From: Deltaproteobacteria bacterium
GTDB lineage: Bacteria; Myxococcota; Kuafuiibacteriia; Kuafuiibacteriales; Kuafuiibacteriaceae
Assembly (NCBI GenBank): GCA_040218735.1
Contig: JAVJQW010000049.1
Coordinates: 64,001-128,000 of the forward strand
Length of the DNA: 64,000 bases
Direction of reading: 5' to 3'
How positions within the stretch are numbered: the first letter of the stretch is position 1; each line of letters starts with the position of its first letter. A model generated the notes under the pieces. That model was not told the origin of the DNA and searched no databases. It was given only the letters and a program-made list of their open reading frames with translations. Below, piece after piece: positions 31,645 through 39,571 of the stretch. A program made the position numbers and the translations under genes.

Positions 31645-32004
31645 ATGAGTCCACACATGTCGCACATCATGCGCAAGACGATCGGCACGCTCCTCATCGC
31701 GATGTTCCTGATGGCCCTCGGTGGCCCGGCGATGGCGGCCCCGCGCCGGCAGACGACCCTGCGCCTCGACGGGTTGCACCTGCAGATGACCGCCAAGAAG
31801 CTGCGTCGCCTGCAGCGGACCGTGCGTCGCGTGAAGGGGGTGCGTTGGGCGAAGGTGGATCTCGCGACGGGTGAGCTGTTCGTCGGTCACGCCCGCCGCG
31901 TCTCGAAGAAGCGCCTGGAGCGCGCCGTCGAGCGCATCGGTTTCGACGTCGTCACGCCCACCGTCCACGCGCAGGTCGACGCGACTACGCGTCCCCGCAG
32001 CTGA
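31645..32004 (+). CDS. Secreted HMA-like (heavy-metal-associated fold) protein lacking CxxC
   Basis: Signal peptide (AMA); LRLDGL...VKGV..AKVDL..G...AVERIGF pattern; start may be 31669. Confidence 0.6.
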   Translation: MSPHMSHIMRKTIGTLLIAMFLMALGGPAMAAPRRQTTLRLDGLHLQMTAKKLRRLQRTVRRVKGVRWAKVDLATGELFVGHARRVSKKRLERAVERIGFDVVTPTVHAQVDATTRPRS

Positions 32005-32006
32005 CC

Positions 32007-33665
32007 CTACCCACCGATCTTGCTGTTGAGCGCGTCGGCCAGGCTCGGGTCGGCCGGCTCGTCCTTGGACTTCTCCACCCGTGACGTCGCGCGCGCGCGC
32101 GCCTCGTGTTTCGTGCCGAGCACCGCGCTGGGCACCCCCGTCGCATCCATCTGCGTCGCCGCGTCGAGGATGTTGAACCGCGCCCGCGAGGGGAGCGGTC
32201 GGGTGTGCGCGGGGGGCGGCGGCTCGGAGCCGTCGAGCGCGCCGAAGGTGGTCGCCTCGTCCGGGTCACGCGTCGCCGCGGCGAGCGCTGCGGCGTCCAC
32301 GGGGGACATCGCGATCGTCTGCGCGCCGCCCTCCGCGATGTCGTCTTCGTCCTCGTCGACTTCATCGTCCTCTTCGAGGTCGTGGATCGAGGACACCGCG
32401 ATCGTCTGCGCGCCCGTATCACGCGTCACCGCCGACATCGCGATCGTCTGCGCGCCGATGTCCGACGGCTCGTCGGGCAACATCCCCGGCGGCACGGACG
32501 ACATCGCGATCGTCTGGGCCTGCGGATCCATGCCGTAGTCGTCTTCGTCGTCCTCGTCCTCGTCGTCGCTCGACAGGCCGGGGAGCGGGTTGATCGCGAG
32601 CGTCTGTCCGCCCGCGGCCTGGATGGCGTCGATCGCGCTGTAGCTGCGGGTCGGCGCAGAGGCGTCGCGGATGAGGTCGAGCGACTCGTAGGCCATCGTC
32701 TGCGCGCCGAGGTCACCGTCGCTGTCGGTGGTGGCGTCGTCGATCGCGAGCGCGTTGGGCTCGCCGGACGGGTTCGTCGGCTGCAGTGGATAACCTTGGA
32801 GGTTCACCGGCGGTCGCGACGGCGCATCGGTCGACGCGTCGTCGAAGTGTCCGCCGGGTCGCGGCGGTTCGGCGATCGAGTCGAAGCCTTCTTCGTCGTC
32901 GATCTCCAGTGGGGCGTCGAGCGCGTCGAGGCTGCCGAGCGACAGCTCGATCGCACCCGAGGCGTCGATCTGTTGGGGCGTGAGCAGCTGCTGCTCCTGC
33001 GGCGGTTGCGCCAGCTCGCTCGGCACCGGCACCGGTCCGCCCGGCGTGGGCGCGCCGAGGTCGACGGGGACGACCGGCGGGAGGTGCACGTCGATCTTCG
33101 CGATCGGCGCGCTGCCGTTCGCCATCACGGCGTCGCCCGGCATCTCGTTTTCGCTCTCTTCGGCGGGCGGTGAATGTGTGCGCGCCATGGAGACGGCGCG
33201 GCCGAGGCTCCGCGGCGCAACCTGTCTTTCGAGCTGGACGGCGTCGGCCTCTTGTCCGAGCTCGCGGTAGATCGCGGCCGCCGTCGTGCGCGCGAGATCG
33301 GCGTCGCGTTTGCGGTCGATCGTCTCGTACACCTCGATGAGCTCGAGGTAGGGCGACGGGTCGCGACGGTTTACCTTCGCGAGCTGCTGCAGGACGGCGA
33401 TGCGTTTGAGGTGTTTGCCTTCGTCGGCGAAGCGCTTGGCGGCCTTGCGATAGGCGAGGGCGGCTTGCTCCGGGAAGCCGCGGCGCAGGCTCTCCTCGGC
33501 GAGGCGGATCATCTTGCGTTCGTCGCTCTCGGCGACGGTGCTGATGCGCGCGACGAGTGTCTGCGGCGCCGGCACGTTGAAGGCGGGGGCCTGCGGCGAC
33601 ACGGGATCCGGTTCGGCCTTCTTGCCGAACAGGCGCGCGAAGAATCGCTTGAAGAACCCGGCCAA
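32007..33665 (-). CDS. Protein with N-terminal TPR-like helices and an acidic disordered tail with AQTIAMS repeats
   Basis: Helical repeat region (A..Y.KAA..F...G...K.IAVL); Pro/Asp/Glu-rich tail. Confidence 0.65.
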   Translation of the reverse strand: MAGFFKRFFARLFGKKAEPDPVSPQAPAFNVPAPQTLVARISTVAESDERKMIRLAEESLRRGFPEQAALAYRKAAKRFADEGKHLKRIAVLQQLAKVNRRDPSPYLELIEVYETIDRKRDADLARTTAAAIYRELGQEADAVQLERQVAPRSLGRAVSMARTHSPPAEESENEMPGDAVMANGSAPIAKIDVHLPPVVPVDLGAPTPGGPVPVPSELAQPPQEQQLLTPQQIDASGAIELSLGSLDALDAPLEIDDEEGFDSIAEPPRPGGHFDDASTDAPSRPPVNLQGYPLQPTNPSGEPNALAIDDATTDSDGDLGAQTMAYESLDLIRDASAPTRSYSAIDAIQAAGGQTLAINPLPGLSSDDEDEDDEDDYGMDPQAQTIAMSSVPPGMLPDEPSDIGAQTIAMSAVTRDTGAQTIAVSSIHDLEEDDEVDEDEDDIAEGGAQTIAMSPVDAAALAAATRDPDEATTFGALDGSEPPPPAHTRPLPSRARFNILDAATQMDATGVPSAVLGTKHEARARATSRVEKSKDEPADPSLADALNSKIGG

Positions 33666-33760
33666 AACTCACGCCATAGTATACGTGCGGGGCGGCTCAC
33701 GGGTCCGCCGACCGTCCGACACGGTGCGTCGAGCTGCGGCTTTCGAGTACTCTGCCCCCG

Positions 33761-35515
33761 ATGGACCGGCGGCGCCTGGGTGAGAGCCTCTACACCGCGG
33801 GCACCCTCGCGCTCCCCTTGGGGATCGGCGCGGCGGGGGGGTACTGGATCGCGGACGCCGGTGCGCGGTGGGTCCCGACGACGCTCGGCGCGCTCCTCGT
33901 CGTCGGTGTCCTCGGGTTGGCGTTGCTCGCGGCCGGGAGCTCCCTGACCGCCACACAGCGCTCGCCGAAGACCAAGCGGTTCGTCTTCTTCACGCTCCTC
34001 GCGTTCCTGGCGGCGGTGCTGCGACTCGGCGTCTGGTGGGCGTCGACCCCGACGCCCCTCGCGACGCGCGACCACGCCGACTTCCTGCGGGTCTTCCGGG
34101 ACGACGTGAAGCAGGTCGCGGCGCTCGCGCACACGCTCGACGACGCCGGCGGGACGATCGCTGCGAGTGTCCCCGTGGAGGGGGTGCTGTCGGCGGACGC
34201 GGAGAAGGTCGTCGCCGACGCTTGGGCGGGCTACGTGCACGCGTCGTTCGCGCTCGACCAGGTGCGGCGCTACTACGAGGACTACTACAAGCTCGACCTG
34301 TCGAGGTTGGAGCGGACGCGGCACACGCTCTCGTTCCTGCTGACGTTCGCGGCGGAGCTCGCGCTGTTCGAGCGGACGTTGTTGTTGGAGTCGGCGGTGT
34401 CGAAGAACGCGAGCGTCGAGAAGTTCCTCGACCTCCCGCGTCCGCAACACGACTTGCCGGGCGACAGCTACTCGACGGCGAAGGAGGAGCTGCTCGGCGT
34501 GAGCGACTACTCGCGCATCGTCGCGGGCAAGAAGTACATGGCGTACCTCGCGACGCTACACGAGGTAGATCGCGAGGTGCGCGCGGCGGGGTTCGACGCG
34601 CTGTGGACGGACGTCACGGCCCGGCTCGAACGCCTCGCGGAGCACCCGAAGGTCGCGGTGGCCTTCGACTCGGTGACGAGTGACTTCGCGCCGATTCAGC
34701 GGAAGGTGAAACACTTCGCGTTCCCCGTGCAGAAGGAGGTCGCGGAGTGGATGGGCGACACGCGGGTGCGCCGGGCCGGGCACTACCTCGTGGACGACGC
34801 GCTGCAAGCCAAGTTGCAGACGAAGCTCCGCCCGGGCGACGTGATGCTCGCGCGGAAGAACTGGTACCTGTCGAACATCGGCCTCCCGGGCTTTTGGCCG
34901 CACGCCATGGTGTACGCGGGGACGCGCGCGCAGATCGCCGAGGCGTTCGACGAGGACCCGGAGGTGAGGGCGTACGTCGCTTCGTTGGGGCACGCCGGGA
35001 CCTTCTCGAGCTTCCTGGAGACGCGTTTCGTCCGGGTGTGGCGCTTGCTCGACGACCAGCCGATCGTCGAGGCGGTCTCGGAGGGCGTCGTGGTCAGCGA
35101 CATGCACCACGCGGCCGGGGACTACGTCGCGGCGCTGCGCCCGCGGCTGCGCCCGGTCGACAAGGCGAAGGCGATCGTTAGGGCGCTGTCGCTACTCGGG
35201 CGCCCGTACGACTTCGACTTCGACTTCGCGACCGACCACGCCGTGGTCTGCACGGAGCTGGTCTGGCGAAGCTACCGCGCCCACGACGGCGAGCCGGGAC
35301 TGGAGCTTCCGCTGTCGCGGATCGCGGGGCGCTTGACGCTGCCGGCGAACGAGATCGCGCGGGTGTTCCGGGACGAGGGGGACGGGGCCGCGCGGCAGTT
35401 CGACTTCGTGGCGTTCGTGGAGGGGCGGGAGCACCAGCAGGACGCGGTGGAGGCCGATGCGGAGGCGCTGGCGGCGACGGTGGATCGGTCGAAGTGGGAC
35501 TTCGGGCAGCCTTAG
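33761..35515 (+). CDS. Membrane-anchored YiiX/YebB-like permuted NlpC/P60 (papain-like) enzyme
   Basis: 3 N-terminal TM helices; LRPGDVML, GFWPHA (His), EAVSEGV, GRPYDFDF, VCTELV (Cys). Confidence 0.8.
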   Translation: MDRRRLGESLYTAGTLALPLGIGAAGGYWIADAGARWVPTTLGALLVVGVLGLALLAAGSSLTATQRSPKTKRFVFFTLLAFLAAVLRLGVWWASTPTPLATRDHADFLRVFRDDVKQVAALAHTLDDAGGTIAASVPVEGVLSADAEKVVADAWAGYVHASFALDQVRRYYEDYYKLDLSRLERTRHTLSFLLTFAAELALFERTLLLESAVSKNASVEKFLDLPRPQHDLPGDSYSTAKEELLGVSDYSRIVAGKKYMAYLATLHEVDREVRAAGFDALWTDVTARLERLAEHPKVAVAFDSVTSDFAPIQRKVKHFAFPVQKEVAEWMGDTRVRRAGHYLVDDALQAKLQTKLRPGDVMLARKNWYLSNIGLPGFWPHAMVYAGTRAQIAEAFDEDPEVRAYVASLGHAGTFSSFLETRFVRVWRLLDDQPIVEAVSEGVVVSDMHHAAGDYVAALRPRLRPVDKAKAIVRALSLLGRPYDFDFDFATDHAVVCTELVWRSYRAHDGEPGLELPLSRIAGRLTLPANEIARVFRDEGDGAARQFDFVAFVEGREHQQDAVEADAEALAATVDRSKWDFGQP

Positions 35516-35520
35516 GGTTG

Positions 35521-35597
35521 CCTAAGCGCGAACGGAAGGATGGTGCGCCGGCGAGCATCGGGCGCCTTAGCGCGGACCGAAGAACGGTGCGCCGGCG
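35521..35597. repeat. Degenerate 33-bp direct repeat x2 (period 44)
   Basis: CCTAAGCGCGAACGGAAGGATGGTGCGCCGGCG (35521) vs CCTTAGCGCGGACCGAAGAACGGTGCGCCGGCG (35565), 5 mismatches. Confidence 0.7.
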
Positions 35598-35609
35598 GTG
35601 GCGGGTGCT

Positions 35610-36071
35610 CGTTCGAATTGAATTCGATCGCGGGCTGGTGAGCGGGAGAGGCTTGGGGTGAGGCCGTGCGCCGAAACGGTGGGGCGTGCCGCGTTGGGGG
35701 GCGAGGTGCGCCGACTCGCGTGTACGCCTTGCCGGTCGCGGTTGGGGTGTTGGGGTCCGGGCGAGCGTTGGCGCGCGTGCTTTGCGGGGCAGAGCTCGCT
35801 CGAAAGTGTCGCATGTAGTTGGCGCTTCTTGGGGCGCATTCCGTTCGATCCGAATCTGAACGCGGGCTGGTGAGTGGGTAGGGCTTGGGATGAGGCCGTG
35901 CGCCGGTGGGGCGCGCCGCGTTGTGGGGGCGAGGTGCGCCGACTCGCGTGTGCGCCTCGCCGATCGCGGTTGGTGCGTGGGGGGCCGGGCGAGCGTTGGC
36001 GCGCGTGCTTTGCGGGGCAGAGCTCGCTCGAAAGTGTCGCAGGTAGTTGGCGCTTCTGGGGGCGCGTTCGC
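35610..36071. repeat. Tandem non-coding repeat of about 230 bp x2
   Basis: Copies about 35610-35841 and 35842-36071; 57-bp identical core at 35757-35813 and 35985-36041. Confidence 0.9.
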
Positions 36072-36437
36072 TGAATAGCCGGCCCCTGGACTCGATGCGC
36101 TGGCGAGGTGGCCTCGCGGTTGTGTGCGCTCGCGGCGACTTTCGGTTCTTGGCGGCCCCGATGGCTGCTTTTGTGTCTGGCCATCGTTCGCTCCAACGAC
36201 GCGGTCGGCGCTCGTTGCGCTGAGCGTGAGAGCGCGTTTCTGGCGCGAGAGCCTTCCGTCGCTTTCACCCGAGGTCGCCCCCGCTCGGTGTCGAGCTCGA
36301 GTCGGTTCTCATTCGATCGGACTTCCCGCCAAGTCTTTGCCGAGGGGGGCAACGTCCATCGGGTCCGTCCTCCTACTGTCGAGTTCGAAAAGTCGTGGGT
36401 TGTTCCCTTGAAGATAAGATGTTAGCCTTATTCAAGA

Positions 36438-37121
36438 GTGCAGGGCGTACTGAGATTCCCGTTCGGGCACGGTGGTGCTCGGAAGAACGCGGGTCGGAAG
36501 AAGGGCCGAGGTCGACGGAACGTCGAGCATCGTCGGCGCGAGTCGATCCCCAAGGGAGCGCCCGTTCACGTGACGCTCCGGGTCTCTCGGGCCGTGGGGA
36601 ACCTGCGGAGCAAGCGGCGCTTTCAGCCGATCAAGCAGGCGCTGCGGGACGGTAGCGAGCGCTTCGCGTGCCGCCTCGTGCACTTTTCCGTGCAGAAGAA
36701 TCACCTGCACCTGCTGGTGGAACCTCGGGACCGGCGCTCACTGATGCGCGCGATGAAGGGGATGCAGGTTCGCCTGGCGCGTCGTCTCAACACCGCGCTG
36801 AAGCGGCGGGGGCAGGTGTTCTCGGACCGGTACCACACACACGTGCTTCGGTCGCCGCGGGAGGCGCGGCACGCGATCGCCTACGTCCTGCTGAACGCCC
36901 GCAAACACGCGGCGCGGGGTGGCCATACGTTGCCTAGGCGCTGGATCGATCCCTACTCGTCGGCGCGCTGGTTCGACGGATTCGAGAATGGAGGGTGGGT
37001 CACGACGGATGAGGTTCGCATCGGTGGGCCGCCTGGCGTTTGGCTCCTGCGAAAGGGGTGGCGCGACGCCGGGCCGATCTTCGTGGAGGAGGTCCCCGGC
37101 CGTCGGTTGCGCGGTCGGTGA
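36438..37121 (+). mobile_element. HUH Y1 transposase, REP-associated tyrosine transposase (RAYT)-like
   Basis: HVTLR, NHLHLLVE (HUH), GQVFSDRYH, YVLLN (catalytic Tyr), DPYSS; basic N-terminal GGARKNAGRK. Confidence 0.85.
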
Positions 37122-37242
37122 GCGCTACCTCGCCACCGCGCACGTCCACGTGAACGCGGCCACCGGGTTTCCGGGAGGCGTCTGCGCGTTCGGTGAGCGC
37201 TACCTCGCCACCGCGCACGTCGACGTGAACGCGGCCACCGGG
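37115..37242. repeat. 53-bp direct repeat x2 (period 75) duplicating the 3' end of the convergent lipoprotein gene
   Basis: TCGGTGAGCGCTACCTCGCCACCGCGCACGTC(C/G)ACGTGAACGCGGCCACCGGG at 37115-37167 and 37190-37242, 1 mismatch. Confidence 0.9.
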
Positions 37243-38246
37243 CCCTCCAGGCAGTAGCCGATCGGATCCGGACACGGCCACCACGTGGGCGCCGACGTCG
37301 CCGTGGTTGCGAAGGCACGCGCCGTCTCGTCGACGTAGCAGCCGCAGCCGTCGCAGCGGACGCGCTGGGAGTGGAACGTCAGCATCTCGAGCTGCGCGTT
37401 GCGGCGGCACGTGATCCCCCCGAGGGGCTCTTCGTCCTCGTCGACGACGACGGGCGGAGGGAGGCTCATCAGGGGGGCGCCCGCGCACTCCGTCGCGGTG
37501 GTCCCGCAGACGACCAGCGGATCCAGGGGCGGGTTCACCGTCACCGAGACGTCGATCGGCGACGCCTGTGTTCCGAAGATTTGATGGCGGCACCGCACAC
37601 TCGCGGAAGGGACGTCCGAGTCGCTCACAACGATCGATGCCTCGCGCGCCGCCGCGATCGCGAGGTCGTCCAACGTGCCGACGACGCCGACGAACGCGGT
37701 GAAGCGCCCGTTGGTCGCGGTCTCGTACAGCGCGAACTGCTCCGACGACATCTGGGAGAGGATCGACTCGATGTCGAAGACGTAGGCGACGAACGCGTTG
37801 AAGGACGAGTCTGCGCCGATCACTCGGTCCGGGCCGCCGTCCTCGAGGCTGCGGGCGTCGAAGCTGCCGCTGTCGTCGAGGTCCTCGTAGACCACGAAGC
37901 GCGGGCGGTAGGCGTTACCGCGCGTCGGGAAGTTACCGTTGAAGCCGAAGCCGATCGCCTCCTTCGGGGACAGCAGATCGATCTGGTCGGCGGGCGGCGC
38001 GACGACGTCGAGCGTGATCGTGGTGCTCGTGACGACCTGGTCGAGCGTCACGACGTACCCCGTCGACGGCTCCCCGGCGTCGCTCACCTCGCTCGTGACC
38101 CACACGACCGCGAGCCGCACCGGGTGCGTGACGACGAGGTTCGGCGCCGGCTCCAACACGAGCTTCACCCGCCCCGGGAGCGGCGCGCGTGTCGCCTCCG
38201 GACGACACGCCGCGAGCAACGCGAGCAGCAGGACGGCGCGCTTCAC
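37200..38246 (-). CDS. Hypothetical lipoprotein with Cys-rich C-terminus
   Basis: Lipobox LAAC; GTGA coupling to the upstream gene. Confidence 0.7.
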   Translation of the reverse strand: MKRAVLLLALLAACRPEATRAPLPGRVKLVLEPAPNLVVTHPVRLAVVWVTSEVSDAGEPSTGYVVTLDQVVTSTTITLDVVAPPADQIDLLSPKEAIGFGFNGNFPTRGNAYRPRFVVYEDLDDSGSFDARSLEDGGPDRVIGADSSFNAFVAYVFDIESILSQMSSEQFALYETATNGRFTAFVGVVGTLDDLAIAAAREASIVVSDSDVPSASVRCRHQIFGTQASPIDVSVTVNPPLDPLVVCGTTATECAGAPLMSLPPPVVVDEDEEPLGGITCRRNAQLEMLTFHSQRVRCDGCGCYVDETARAFATTATSAPTWWPCPDPIGYCLEGPVAAFTSTCAVAR

Positions 38247-39547
38247 AAGAACACCTCCGCTTCCACCACCACATAATCACCCGGCTCGAACCGCCGACGC
38301 ACGGGGTCGGTCAGGAACTGATCACTCGCGACCTGTTTGTTGGTGATGAACGCGTTGATCCGGTGCGGCAGCTCCGGCCACGGCCGGACCTCCACCCCGA
38401 AGCGGTAGTAGACCTCGACCCACTGCCCGGGCGCGCGGTGCCCCTGCACGTAAGTGACGCGGTCCTCGCCGCGCGGGTTGTCGAGCGAGCGGAGCAGGAT
38501 CTCCGTCGTCCCCGTCACGTAGAGGTAGTCGACGACCGGGATGCGCACCTCACCCATCAACGTGTGCGCCCACTGGTCGAACAGCGGACCGAAGTCGAAG
38601 AACTCATAGCTGTTCGTGACGTACGTGTTCTCACGCTCGGGCGTGCTGAACACCAACGTGGGGACCTCGGCGGTCGTGCGCGGGCTGAACCCACGACCGT
38701 AGTAACGCGCTTGGTAACCGACGTGGAAACCGGCGCCCCAGATGTCGCCGAACGCGGCGTCGAAGCGGATCATCCCCGCCGTCTCGAGTGAGTTGCGCAG
38801 CCGCGCACCGTACTCCGCCGAGACCCCCGCCCACTCCGTGAGGGGCCAGTTGAACGAAGCCGTGAGGTAGTGCGCCGCGGGGTTCACGTCGGTCGTCGTG
38901 AACTGCCAGCGCGCGAAGTTGAGCTCCAGCCGCCCGTCGAGCGCGCCGAGCGCGAAGGTGATGAGGTCGTCGTCGCTCCAGAACACCCGCCCGCCGAAGA
39001 GGTGGCGGAAATAGAAACCGTCGTACCCGATGCTGAGGATCTGCCCCTCCAACGGGATGCGCTCCAGCAGCAAACCCTGGCCGAGGGTCACCGGGCCGAG
39101 GTCGACGCCGATACCGTCGATGTCGAGCGGGACACCGTCGATGACCCACTCGTCGTAGTGCAGGTGCACGCTGACACCCGCGGAGATCTGCGAAGACAAC
39201 CGAAAGCCGTCGCTCGCGGAGGGGTTCGCGACGAGGACCTCGACGTTCACGTCGACGAAGTCGAGCGGCTGCACCGCGAGGAACCCGTCGAAGAGGAAGT
39301 ACCCGTGGTAGCGACTCTGCGGGTTGATGCCGCCGGTCTGCTGTGTACCGACGCTCGCGTCCGCCGCGAGCGCGAGCCAGTCGAGGTCGTTGCCGAAGCG
39401 AAAGTGCTGCCCCGGCGCGCGGATCTGCGTGAAGAGCTCGCGGTTGATCAGCCGACGATCGAGGAGCGTCCACGGATCACGTGGGTCGTCGAAGATCGGA
39501 GGTGGCGCCGACGAGACGAGCAGCGCAGCGAGGACGGTGAGGCTCAT
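38243..39547 (-). CDS. Putative outer-membrane beta-barrel protein
   Basis: Signal-like N-terminus; alternating amphipathic strands rich in aromatic residues; C-terminus YVVVEAEVFL. Confidence 0.55.
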   Translation of the reverse strand: MSLTVLAALLVSSAPPPIFDDPRDPWTLLDRRLINRELFTQIRAPGQHFRFGNDLDWLALAADASVGTQQTGGINPQSRYHGYFLFDGFLAVQPLDFVDVNVEVLVANPSASDGFRLSSQISAGVSVHLHYDEWVIDGVPLDIDGIGVDLGPVTLGQGLLLERIPLEGQILSIGYDGFYFRHLFGGRVFWSDDDLITFALGALDGRLELNFARWQFTTTDVNPAAHYLTASFNWPLTEWAGVSAEYGARLRNSLETAGMIRFDAAFGDIWGAGFHVGYQARYYGRGFSPRTTAEVPTLVFSTPERENTYVTNSYEFFDFGPLFDQWAHTLMGEVRIPVVDYLYVTGTTEILLRSLDNPRGEDRVTYVQGHRAPGQWVEVYYRFGVEVRPWPELPHRINAFITNKQVASDQFLTDPVRRRFEPGDYVVVEAEVFL

Positions 39548-39571
39548 CGACGTGAGGGGCGGACGGTATCA

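Noticed and set aside
35521-36071. Possible CRISPR array
   Set aside because: Only two copies per repeat class, no regular repeat-spacer period and no cas genes in the window.
35512-36425. Short ORFs in the gap upstream of the transposase (e.g. 35567..36352 minus)
   Set aside because: No GC3 codon bias, Arg/Pro/Ser-rich translations, and they merely mirror the DNA repeat.
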